From: an uncultured Candidatus Berkelbacteria bacterium
Lineage (GTDB): Bacteria; Patescibacteriota; UBA1384; CAILIB01
Reading direction: 5' to 3'
Assembly: GCA_903834195.1 (NCBI GenBank)
Contig: CAILIB010000029.1
Coordinates: 7,715 to 71,714, forward strand
Length of the DNA stretch: 64,000 nucleotides
Both the position numbers and the translations under genes were made by a program. The notes under the pieces were generated by a model, which saw only the letters and a program-made list of their open reading frames with translations, was not told where the DNA came from and ran no database searches. Shown here one piece after another: positions 9,454 to 18,307 of this stretch (position 1 is the first letter of the stretch; each line of letters begins with the position of its first letter).

Positions 9454-9841
9454 GGAGAAAGTCGATCCACTGACGCCAGTACGGAATATTCTCTTTACTT
9501 ACTTCTTGAGTATCACTTGCAAGTACATCCTGCGCAGGAGTGACACTAATACTTGATTCAGGAAGTGCGTACACTGTCTCGTTCGGCATCTTTAAGAGAA
9601 GTGCCCGACGCAATTCCTTTTCCTTGTAATCATCACTTTGGTAGTACACCACCAGCGCCTGAAGCCTCGTTTGTTCCTGCTGTTTCAAATCCAACTGTGC
9701 CTGGAGTGCTTTTGTATCTTGATCTGAGGTATAACTTCGCAGCACAGACTGAACAGTTAATACACTGAGGTAAATCGCTAAAACTACCAGCCAGAGGTAG
9801 CTAAACGAATTTCGAAAAAAGGTAAATACACGCAGAATCAT
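9431..9841 (-). CDS. Septum formation initiator (FtsB/DivIC-like)
   Basis: One TM helix, coiled coil, YKEKELRRAL..PNETVY. Confidence 0.65.
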   Translation of the reverse strand: MILRVFTFFRNSFSYLWLVVLAIYLSVLTVQSVLRSYTSDQDTKALQAQLDLKQQEQTRLQALVVYYQSDDYKEKELRRALLLKMPNETVYALPESSISVTPAQDVLASDTQEVSKENIPYWRQWIDFLLNGKKNG

Positions 9842-9892
9842 GGTACTAGTATACCATGATCACTCGAGCAAAAACCCCTTATTTTGACGCTT

Positions 9893-10456
9893 TTAGCGAC
9901 TAGCAAACATTTGCACAGTAAAGAGAGCAGGATTGCCATTTTCATCAGTCCCCTCGATATCTGCAAATCCAACATCAGTATACTTAGGTGAAAGAAGATT
10001 TGCCCGGTGTGCAGGACTATTTAACCAAGCGGTTGTGATTGCCTGAACTGAATGAAAGCCGCGTGCCAAATTTTCTCCTGCAACTCGATATGTGTACCCT
10101 GCTTCATCGATAAAATCCCATGGAGCTTTATGGTCTGAAGGACGAAAGTGATCCCAATAACCAAACTCTTTCATATCAATTGCCTTCGCCATTGCTGCAT
10201 GTTCAAGCTGAACATCAAGGCGAAGTGGGGCAATTCCTGCAGCAACACGTGCAGCATTAGTTGCTGCAAGAAAATCAGTGTCATTGAGCGGCTGTGCAGC
10301 AACAACAGCGTGATCAGCAGCGTACGCAGTATCTACGCCCTGCAACTGTAAAAGTACTCCAAGTGAAGCTGAACTTGTTAGAGTTAACATTCGCCCAGCA
10401 AGCAAGAACGGTACAATACGATTGAAAGCAGTCCGGAAAGGACGAGCTGAAGCCAT
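9893..10456 (-). CDS. CAP (SCP) domain secreted protein
   Basis: TNAAR, AGENLARG, WLNSPAHRANLL, VQMF motifs. Confidence 0.9.
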   Translation of the reverse strand: MASARPFRTAFNRIVPFLLAGRMLTLTSSASLGVLLQLQGVDTAYAADHAVVAAQPLNDTDFLAATNAARVAAGIAPLRLDVQLEHAAMAKAIDMKEFGYWDHFRPSDHKAPWDFIDEAGYTYRVAGENLARGFHSVQAITTAWLNSPAHRANLLSPKYTDVGFADIEGTDENGNPALFTVQMFASR

Positions 10457-10658
10457 TACTATTTTTTTATTTTTTTTGTTTTGAAGAAATTAAATAAGTA
10501 TACGTCAATCTGATGAAACAGTCAATTAGCTCGTAAACGCCATGCTAAATAAACACCTCCTGAAGTACACTTTTTCATAAGAAAATAAGCCCGCGAATGT
10601 TTTAATTATTTATTGTTGCAGTGAAGATCTTGAGCAAATAACCCTGTATACTATGTAT

Positions 10659-12368
10659 ATGAATGATATTTTCTCAGAGGTTGGGGCCATAATTGCCGTC
10701 GCTACGGCGTGTGCGTTATTAGTCCGATTACTTAAGCAGCCACCTTTATTTGGCTACATTGTAGCCGGTGTTATTTTAGGTCCACTTGTTACAGGACTTG
10801 TTCAAAGCACAGCCACACTCGATGCCATGCGACAAATAGGTGTTGCACTTCTACTCTTCCTAGTAGGACTTGAGTTAGATTGGAGTAAAACACGACATCA
10901 GTTAAAAACTGCTTTTATCGTTGCACTAATTCAGGTTGCCGGTAGTTTTGTTATTGGAGTAGGTGCAGCACTCCTTACTGGCCTACCAGTACTTACCGGC
11001 GTATACATTGGTACGATTCTCTCGTTTTCTTCAACAGTTATCGTCGTAAAATTCCTCTCCGAAAGTCGCGATCTCAACTCACTCCACGGACGACTTGCCT
11101 TAGGTATCCTTATTGTGCAAGACATACTTGCCATTGTTGCACTCGTTATTCTTGGAGGAGTAACAGGTCATTCAACCCTCGGTGTTGGAAACCAAGTTAT
11201 CGTACTTATTGTGAAAGTTGCAGCACTCCTTTCACTCGTTTGGATACTCTCACAATATGTTCTTCCACCACTCTTTGCTAAAATCGCCCGCTCTACTGAA
11301 CTCTTGTTCATGTCGAGCATTGCGTGGTGCTTCTGCTTTGCTATTCTGATTAATCAATTTGATTTTCCATTAGAAACTGGTGCCTTTTTAGCAGGTATAA
11401 CACTCGCATCTCTCCCATATGGCCTTGATATTGTAAACCGGCTACGGTCTCTACGAGACTTCTTCGTTGTAATATTCTTTGTAAGTTTAGGCTTAAGTCT
11501 GCAATTACCAAGTGGATCCTACCTGATTCTTACTGGTGCCTTTCTTCTTTTCACAGTATTTGGCAAGCCAATTATTACATTCTTATCCCTCAGTTTGTAT
11601 GGATATCGAAGTCGGACATCACTATTGGCTGGTATTACTCAGAGTCAGCTCTCTGAATTCTCACTGATTTTGATTGCCCTCGGTATGGCACGTGGAAATA
11701 TCTCCCCCGAGTTAGGTTCTGCACTTACATTTACTGCAATTATTTCCATCGTATTCTCAACAATTGTTCACGGAGTACGAAACCCACTGTTCCGATCACT
11801 TCGTGGAATGCTCAGGATTGCAGAACGTAAACACCACCACACTGAACATGTAAGTGAGGAAATGGAACAGCGCCTCGATAATCATATTATTATCTTTGGA
11901 TACCACCGCATGGGCTATCACATTCTCAAGAAGCTTCATGAGCTTGGTCACCGAGTAATGGTGGTAGATTTTAATCCTGACATCATCAGAAAGCTCCGTG
12001 AACAAAGCATCGACTGTGTGTATGGAGATATTGAAGATGAAGAAATCTTCGACGCCATTCACCTTGAACGAGCATCCATGGTTGTCTCAACCGTTCCACA
12101 CCGCGACGAAACGAGCTACTTAATTGAGCAAGTTAAAAAGCGCAAGGGTAGTGCGAATTTGATCGTAACTGCACATGATATCGATGACGCACTGCACTAT
12201 TACCAAGTTGGAGCTGATTACGTCATCCTTCCCCATCTGTTAGGCGGAGAACACGTGGCTGAACTCATTACCCATTACCAAGAACACAACCTCGGGCAGT
12301 ATATGAAACACCGAGCTGAGGAACTAAAGCTACTTCGCACCAAGAAGCATGCTCTCTACTTCGATTAG
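10659..12368 (+). CDS. CPA2 cation:proton antiporter with TrkA-N (RCK) domain, Kef-like
   Basis: GVALLLFLVGLE, SSTVIVVK, GILIVQD, C-terminal IFGYHRMG Rossmann motif; start placed 6 nt after TATACT. Confidence 0.9.
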   Translation: MNDIFSEVGAIIAVATACALLVRLLKQPPLFGYIVAGVILGPLVTGLVQSTATLDAMRQIGVALLLFLVGLELDWSKTRHQLKTAFIVALIQVAGSFVIGVGAALLTGLPVLTGVYIGTILSFSSTVIVVKFLSESRDLNSLHGRLALGILIVQDILAIVALVILGGVTGHSTLGVGNQVIVLIVKVAALLSLVWILSQYVLPPLFAKIARSTELLFMSSIAWCFCFAILINQFDFPLETGAFLAGITLASLPYGLDIVNRLRSLRDFFVVIFFVSLGLSLQLPSGSYLILTGAFLLFTVFGKPIITFLSLSLYGYRSRTSLLAGITQSQLSEFSLILIALGMARGNISPELGSALTFTAIISIVFSTIVHGVRNPLFRSLRGMLRIAERKHHHTEHVSEEMEQRLDNHIIIFGYHRMGYHILKKLHELGHRVMVVDFNPDIIRKLREQSIDCVYGDIEDEEIFDAIHLERASMVVSTVPHRDETSYLIEQVKKRKGSANLIVTAHDIDDALHYYQVGADYVILPHLLGGEHVAELITHYQEHNLGQYMKHRAEELKLLRTKKHALYFD

Positions 12369-13216
12369 AGATCTTTTAAGAGCTGGGTTGCTGTAAACCC
12401 TGGATTAATACGAAGTCGATTCAAAGCATACATATCATCGCTATGATGAACATCACCCGGATGTGTTGTTGTTGCTGAAGTAAAACCTGCCTGTTTAACG
12501 AGAGCTTCAGTTACTGTCGTATACTTTCCAGACGGGTAACAAAAAGATGTAACCGTACCTCCAAGATGACTTTCTAAGTCCTGTTTGCTCTGAGTAATTT
12601 CTTTACGTTGAGTTGCTTCAGATGCCGTCGATAAATCGATGTGATTTATCGTGTGTGCACCAATCTCAATCCCCGCTGCCTTCATTTCTTTGAGATCATC
12701 CCACGTCATATAATTGCCACCAATCATGCCTGTGATGATATAAATTGTGGCCGTCCAATTATATTTTTTCAAAATTGGATATGCAGTAGTCTTAAAGTCT
12801 TCGTACCCATCATCAAACGTCATTACCACACTTTTAGCATCACCTTTTCCCGCAACATAGTCTGCCATCGTAATTGAGGTGTACCCCGCTGCCTTCATAG
12901 CAGCAATTTGTGCATCCAACTCATTAGGAGGAACTGATAATCCATACCCAACAGGGTCGGTTTTTTGATTTACTCCCGATTGAATGTAGTGATACATCAA
13001 TACATGAGATGCATCAGTACTCTTAGTAATCGGGCTAGCCGAAGCACTCGGAGTTGGGGAGGTGTCAGGTGATGCAGATGGTGTTAGGGTTGATGAATCA
13101 ACCTGAGGTGTCACTTTGGTATATGAATGCCACCCCGCAAAAGACGCATATCCAATGAGCAAACCAACAAGGGCTGCAATAAAAGGAGGGAGTAACTTTC
13201 TTAGAATCTTATTCAT
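12365..13216 (-). CDS. Membrane-anchored polysaccharide deacetylase (CE4/NodB)
   Basis: VLMYH, TFDDG, GAHTINH, FCYPSG motifs; S/T/P linker after the TM helix. Confidence 0.9.
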   Translation of the reverse strand: MNKILRKLLPPFIAALVGLLIGYASFAGWHSYTKVTPQVDSSTLTPSASPDTSPTPSASASPITKSTDASHVLMYHYIQSGVNQKTDPVGYGLSVPPNELDAQIAAMKAAGYTSITMADYVAGKGDAKSVVMTFDDGYEDFKTTAYPILKKYNWTATIYIITGMIGGNYMTWDDLKEMKAAGIEIGAHTINHIDLSTASEATQRKEITQSKQDLESHLGGTVTSFCYPSGKYTTVTEALVKQAGFTSATTTHPGDVHHSDDMYALNRLRINPGFTATQLLKDL

Positions 13217-13314
13217 GATACTCATCGTATCACGTATATTTTACAGATCAAAATTTACATTTCATATAGTATCATACAAATCAAATGCCCTGTTCGGTTT
13301 CTGACATAACGTAG

Positions 13315-13332
13315 TTTTCCACAGGTGGATAA
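13315..13332. promoter_or_regulatory. Adjacent inverted pair of DnaA-box-like sequences
   Basis: TTTTCCACA (13315-13323) matches TTWTNCACA; GGTGGATAA (13324-13332) reads TTATCCACC on the minus strand, 8/9 match. Confidence 0.45.
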
Positions 13333-13389
13333 CCATTGAATAACTTTCTGCCAGTGGTACTTGTTGGTTACGAACCGTATACTAAATGT

Positions 13390-13728
13390 ATGCAAAATAT
13401 TTTCGCTGCATCTATTGCCCACGCAGCCAACGTTACCCCCCTTGGTACGATAAAACCTGGCCAAGATCCAACAAAAATAGTAGGCCCACTTTTAGGGCAG
13501 GTTATCTACGTACTTACTTGGGTGGCAGGTTTTCTTGCAGTCTTCTACCTGATCCGCTCAGGAATTCTGTACATCACCTCTGCGGGAGATCCAGACAAAG
13601 CAAAGGCAGCTCGTTCAGGTATATTGAACGCAGTAATTGGAATTATAGTAATCGTTGCTGCTTATCTCATAATCAATAAGGCAATTGGAATTGGCACTCT
13701 AATTTCTTCAGGCGCTACCCCGTCCTAG
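13390..13728 (+). CDS. Pilin, TrbC/VirB2-like (orphan paralog)
   Basis: SGILYITSAGDPDKAKAARSGILNAVIG, close to the 7125-7535 protein. Confidence 0.82.
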   Translation: MQNIFAASIAHAANVTPLGTIKPGQDPTKIVGPLLGQVIYVLTWVAGFLAVFYLIRSGILYITSAGDPDKAKAARSGILNAVIGIIVIVAAYLIINKAIGIGTLISSGATPS

Positions 13729-13732
13729 TCTT

Positions 13733-14296
13733 CTAGCGCTTAATGCGCGGATGCCATTCAATATCAGGCTGTTCAAGCCTATGGTTTGCAATACGCGCAG
13801 CAACAAAGAGTAAATCTGAAAAACGATTTAAATACTGTAATACCTTAGGATCAACAGACTCTTCAGTTGCAAGCTCAACTACTGCCCTCTCCGCGCGTCG
13901 TGAGACTGCTCGTGCCAAGTGTAAAAAGGAACTCTCAACACTTCCACCCTGCAAAATAAAGGCTCGCAACGGTGCTAGCTCACTTTCCCATGTATCAATA
14001 GCAGACTCGAGGTATAAAATATCGGAATCCTGTAATACTGGATCCTTTCGCTTCTCTTCGGTTTCAGTACGTGCAAGTTCAGCACAGATTGTAAAACTTA
14101 CCCACTGCACCTGTGTAAGCACTTCCACGACGTCAATAAATATATCATCTGTAAGATGAGCCAAAGCAACCCCGATCACAGCTTGCAATTCATCGACTTC
14201 CCCGTAGGAATGTACTCGAATATTGGATTTCGATCTTCTCTCTCCGCCATACAGCGAAGTAGTACCTTCATCACCAGTTTTTGTATAGATTTTCAT
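13733..14296 (-). CDS. pduO: ATP:cob(I)alamin adenosyltransferase, PduO type
   Basis: KIYTKTGDEGTT, GEVDEL, RAVSRRAER, YLNRFSDLLF. Confidence 0.93.
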   Translation of the reverse strand: MKIYTKTGDEGTTSLYGGERRSKSNIRVHSYGEVDELQAVIGVALAHLTDDIFIDVVEVLTQVQWVSFTICAELARTETEEKRKDPVLQDSDILYLESAIDTWESELAPLRAFILQGGSVESSFLHLARAVSRRAERAVVELATEESVDPKVLQYLNRFSDLLFVAARIANHRLEQPDIEWHPRIKR

Positions 14297-14370
14297 GCAC
14301 CTACCTTACCACATACAGAAAAATACTCCAGATAATCTATATACATCGATGGTCTATACTATATATTATA

Positions 14371-14874
14371 CTAAGAAAGTACCTTTTCTAACCTGTTAGA
14401 TGTGTGATTAGTTTTATTGGTCGAGGTAACGTACTCACTACCTTCTAAAATGAATTGAGTGATCTTAGCTGTATCACCTGGCGAACTACACAGTACTCGA
14501 CCACCTTGTAAGCCTTGCTCTGCTACGATTTGGTGAGCAGCACCAGAAAAAACAATAGGCTTCCCCTGATCAAAGAACTCTCTTACTAGTGATATCGCCT
14601 CTGACATCGAGCAGATTGCATCAATACTTTCCATTCCTTCCGGAACTACAAGCGCATCAAAGAGGTCGCATGTCACTAACTCAATAGGCAAATCGATAAA
14701 TACTTCCTTACCTCGATGATCGTTGTCATATGTTTCTATAACAAGCTGAGGTAGTGCTGTAGTTGTAAAAACTTCTGCCCCCTCTCTTTCAACTGTACGT
14801 CGTATCTTGGTTAAATCTACTTCGTCCACACCATCACTAAGTAAAATTACTATTCGTTTTGCAAGTAAATTCAT
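14371..14874 (-). CDS. DJ-1/PfpI family protein, degenerate active site
   Basis: KRIVILLSDG, FDALVVPEG, VREFFDQGKPI; lacks the ICHG nucleophile elbow. Confidence 0.7.
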   Translation of the reverse strand: MNLLAKRIVILLSDGVDEVDLTKIRRTVEREGAEVFTTTALPQLVIETYDNDHRGKEVFIDLPIELVTCDLFDALVVPEGMESIDAICSMSEAISLVREFFDQGKPIVFSGAAHQIVAEQGLQGGRVLCSSPGDTAKITQFILEGSEYVTSTNKTNHTSNRLEKVLS

Positions 14875-14889
14875 ATATTTAATTACTAC

Positions 14890-15423
14890 TTAAACTTTTT
14901 TGAAGTGGGAACGGAGAGTGCTTAAAGCATTCTGGATATATGTCATAACATGGTAGAACTCAACAAGGACAAGAAATAAGAATGTAATTCCACACACTAA
15001 AAGAAATCCACCCGGAGTATGCTCCAGAGAAAATATGTACCCTAGCAATGGAATAACTTCAATTACCCTACCCTTTACTTGATCAGGTTCCACTTTACCT
15101 AAATCGCCATTGGAGTTTGCATCACCCTTTGTTGTAAACACCTCCGTTCCATCACTGCCATATGAAAGCTGAGTTATCCTGTGCGTTATTTCTGTTCCAT
15201 TACCATCTTTCAATGAGTATGAAATTACATCACCAACAACATACTGATTCGTTGGAAGAGACCGAGTAATTACGACACTACCAGCAGGAATAGCTGGCTG
15301 CATACTACTTGTGAGCACAATCTGAGCTGAGAAACCTCGGTATGAACTCCGAATCAAAAATGCCGAAGACAGTATTATGATAAAAAATGTGAGAGAAATT
15401 GCAGCGTACACTCGGCGCATCAT
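14890..15423 (-). CDS. sipW: Signal peptidase I, SipW/ER type
   Basis: VLTSSMQP (Ser), GDVI, ITHR (His), TKGDAN. Confidence 0.88.
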   Translation of the reverse strand: MMRRVYAAISLTFFIIILSSAFLIRSSYRGFSAQIVLTSSMQPAIPAGSVVITRSLPTNQYVVGDVISYSLKDGNGTEITHRITQLSYGSDGTEVFTTKGDANSNGDLGKVEPDQVKGRVIEVIPLLGYIFSLEHTPGGFLLVCGITFLFLVLVEFYHVMTYIQNALSTLRSHFKKV

Positions 15424-15431
15424 ATGAACTC

Positions 15432-15995
15432 CTAGGATGGTTCTGGTATATGCTGAGTACCAGTAAATGTAAGGTCAAAAACCATAGACTGGTTTTGTTC
15501 AGTTACAGATGGGCTCAACGTAACCTTAAGGACGTATCGCTGAGTACTATCACTGGGTAATATAAGGCCCGTACCGCGAGCTGCTTGCAGGTCAGCAATA
15601 GTTCCTGTGTACCCCGCCTGAGTTGCCAAACCTGTATCATCTACCGGAAATATTCCTATAGTTACTTTGTCACCTATATTTGTACCATCCTTAACTGAAG
15701 CTGTAAGACTAAGATCAAAATCAACCACTCCTGTGGCAACATTCTTTAGAAAAATGTACCGCTGATCTGTCTCACCAGGCACAAGTGTAAAACTAAAGCC
15801 AGGCCGAGTTGTTTCGAACAACGACGAAGAACCATTCTGCGAATTACTAACGAGAAGATTTGCACTTCCTGAATTAATTGTACTTCCAGCCAAAGTTGCA
15901 CTCGCTGAAAATAACGCATGAGTTCCATCTACAACAAAACCTAACCAAAGCAGCACAATTAAAAGACTAAAAAAGAATCGTTTTGGTATACGCAT
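15432..15995 (-). CDS. TasA/CalY-like SipW-dependent fibre protein
   Basis: SipW-class signal GTHALFS..., LVPGET, LKNV, beta-rich body ending FDLTFTGTQ; directly upstream of sipW. Confidence 0.72.
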   Translation of the reverse strand: MRIPKRFFFSLLIVLLWLGFVVDGTHALFSASATLAGSTINSGSANLLVSNSQNGSSSLFETTRPGFSFTLVPGETDQRYIFLKNVATGVVDFDLSLTASVKDGTNIGDKVTIGIFPVDDTGLATQAGYTGTIADLQAARGTGLILPSDSTQRYVLKVTLSPSVTEQNQSMVFDLTFTGTQHIPEPS

Positions 15996-16112
15996 GTGCA
16001 GTACGAATTAGTTACTATACAACAATCTGTATCGACCAGGCTGACGCCTTACAGTTGTATACCAACACTAATTCCTAGACTGAACCAAAAACCGATACAA
16101 AACGTGAAAACT

Positions 16113-16964
16113 CTATGAACGTACTAAATATCCAGTCTGTAAAAGGTTTTTCGAAACAGACTCTTCAAGGCAAAGTGAATAGAGACTCAATGGTAGCTGC
16201 GTAACTATAGATTGAGTAAGGCGAAAAATAGCTTCAGGGTATATTTCAGTAGCGTAAAAATTCAAAAGGAAACCAAGTGGCTTTTCCGAAAATATCTGAC
16301 CTAAATCGCTGAGCAATAATGGAAGATGTTCTTCTAACCGCCAGATTTCTCCCTGACTGCCACGCCCAAAAACAGGTGGATCTAACAATATAATATCGTA
16401 TGTATTACCACGACGAATTTCACGAGCAATAAACTTCCGCACATCATCAACTATCCAACGAATACTTTCAGAAGCCACTTTTGAAGCGCGAGAATTTTCA
16501 CTTGCCCAGTGTACTACGCCCTTCGAGGCATCTACATGACAGACGTCTGCACCGGCAAGTGCCGCGGCAATACTCGCACCTCCTGTGTAGGCAAACAGGT
16601 TCAAAACACGAGGCTTAACCCCTTTCTTAACTGAGTCCTGAATTATCTTTGTAAGCCACTCCCAATTTGCAGATTGCTCTGGGAAAATACCAACGTGACG
16701 AAATGGAGTCGGTTTAAGAGCAAACTCAACACCTTGCCACTTCATATTCCACCCCTTTGCAGATGGCTCTCTAGTCCACTCACCTTGTTCAAATATACCC
16801 TGCGCGGTTTTCCAACCAGCATGATGTTCTGTTATGTGCCACAACGCATTCGATTCAGGCCGAGAAATAATATTTTGTCCAAAGCGTTCTAGCCGTCGCC
16901 CATCACCCGACTGTAACAATTCGTAGTCTGACCAATTCTGGGCGATGATTGTTTCAAGTGACAT
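16113..16964 (-). CDS. Class I SAM-dependent methyltransferase (RlmI/RlmK-related)
   Basis: DYELLQSGDGRRLERFG, GIFPEQ, VLNLFAYTGG, LDPP. Confidence 0.88.
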   Translation of the reverse strand: MSLETIIAQNWSDYELLQSGDGRRLERFGQNIISRPESNALWHITEHHAGWKTAQGIFEQGEWTREPSAKGWNMKWQGVEFALKPTPFRHVGIFPEQSANWEWLTKIIQDSVKKGVKPRVLNLFAYTGGASIAAALAGADVCHVDASKGVVHWASENSRASKVASESIRWIVDDVRKFIAREIRRGNTYDIILLDPPVFGRGSQGEIWRLEEHLPLLLSDLGQIFSEKPLGFLLNFYATEIYPEAIFRLTQSIVTQLPLSLYSLCLEESVSKNLLQTGYLVRS

Positions 16965-17040
16965 ATATGTTGTTTGATTTATAGAGAACTAACCTGGTCC
17001 GATTCTAGTTGAAAGAGCTATTAAAAGAAATACTCTAGCA

Positions 17041-17073
17041 GGACGACCGCTCTATCCGCTGAGCTGCGGGCGT
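17041..17073 (-). pseudogene. 5-prime half of a tRNA (Arg-like), truncated
   Basis: Minus strand ACGCCCG-CA-GCTCAGCGGATAGAGC-G-GTCGTCC; D-arm nearly identical to the tRNA at 265; no T-arm or 3-prime acceptor strand follows. Confidence 0.65.
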
Positions 17074-17135
17074 GAGCGAGGAATCTTATTCAAATACTCC
17101 TGTAGCCTAACAAAAAATGTGCTACGATACGATAG

Positions 17136-18098
17136 ATGCGCATGTCACTATCAAATATTCTACGAGTCGTATTTACGATTATCCTCACTGTACTGGGGAT
17201 ACTTTTCTTTCGCTCCACAAGCCATGAAGTACGCTCAGGATACGACATACTCAAGCAAGCTAACGGTTGGTACGTTATTGGCTGCGCTATTCTAACTATC
17301 GCCCTCATCCTCTCTCAAGCTTATGCATTCTGTCTTTGCTATAACTCTATAGGTAAAGAGGTGAGTCTTACAAAATGTATCAGCCTCTTCCTTAAACGCT
17401 TCTTCCTCTCCCCGTTTATTCCTGGTGGATTTTCGGTTGCACAGTACACTCTCAACCAAGACCTTGAAGAGTACAACATCACAAAATCTGAGAATGCCTT
17501 TGTATCCACATCATTTATATTAGGTGGGCAGTTTTCATACGTCCTCATTCTCGTCCCAACTTTTCTTATCACAATATACAACGGTACAATTCAGGATTCC
17601 TCTCAACTGTACAACGGCTTAATTATCTTTGCGGTTGCGGTTTTTATTCTCTGCCTAGTACTGTACCTTTTCCGTCGTGAACTTCTCAGTAAACTCAGAG
17701 TTTGGCTCCATCCCCATGTTGGCAGTTTCAACATTCGTCCAATTATTGAAGCCGTTGCATTCAGCCTGATGGCAGACATATTTGGCATACTTACACTCTG
17801 GACCGCACTACGTGCAATTGGAGTAGATGGCAATCTTGTAACAGCTTCGATGGGATACATCATTACAATCTTTATCATTACACTCTCGCCTCTGTTTCAA
17901 GGACTTGTTGTGGTTGAGGGGGCGCTTGTCTTCACGCTCAAGGCGCTCGGAGTTGATGAAAGCCAAGCAATCGCTGGAGCTCTGGTCTTCCGTTCTTTCC
18001 AATTATGGATGCCCCTCATACTTGGGGGCATCGTATACATTGTTCCTATCATGCTACGGTGGCTGAAAAAGGGACATGCCCACCTCACTCAATCTTGA
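17136..18098 (+). CDS. Lysylphosphatidylglycerol synthase TM/flippase-like membrane protein
   Basis: About 8 TM helices, FIPGG, GLVVVEGAL..L..LGV, LVFR...W.P. Confidence 0.8.
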   Translation: MRMSLSNILRVVFTIILTVLGILFFRSTSHEVRSGYDILKQANGWYVIGCAILTIALILSQAYAFCLCYNSIGKEVSLTKCISLFLKRFFLSPFIPGGFSVAQYTLNQDLEEYNITKSENAFVSTSFILGGQFSYVLILVPTFLITIYNGTIQDSSQLYNGLIIFAVAVFILCLVLYLFRRELLSKLRVWLHPHVGSFNIRPIIEAVAFSLMADIFGILTLWTALRAIGVDGNLVTASMGYIITIFIITLSPLFQGLVVVEGALVFTLKALGVDESQAIAGALVFRSFQLWMPLILGGIVYIVPIMLRWLKKGHAHLTQS

Positions 18099-18123
18099 CA
18101 CGCCTAGTCATCGGCGGTATAAC
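18095..18123 (+). promoter_or_regulatory. Sigma70-type promoter
   Basis: TTGACA-17 nt-TATAAC. Confidence 0.75.
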
Positions 18124-18307
18124 GATGCCACTTGACCTTGGTGCGGAAGCATATGCTAGCAGTAAGGAAGAAGTACATCTACGTATGTTGCCCAGGCGAC
18201 ATACGTAGACGTTCCTCATCAACTAATCCCTTTTACACGGGGTTTTTCTTTCAGCTATAGACTATACGTACGGTAATCGCTCCTATTCACTACAAAGCAC
18301 CGTTGAT

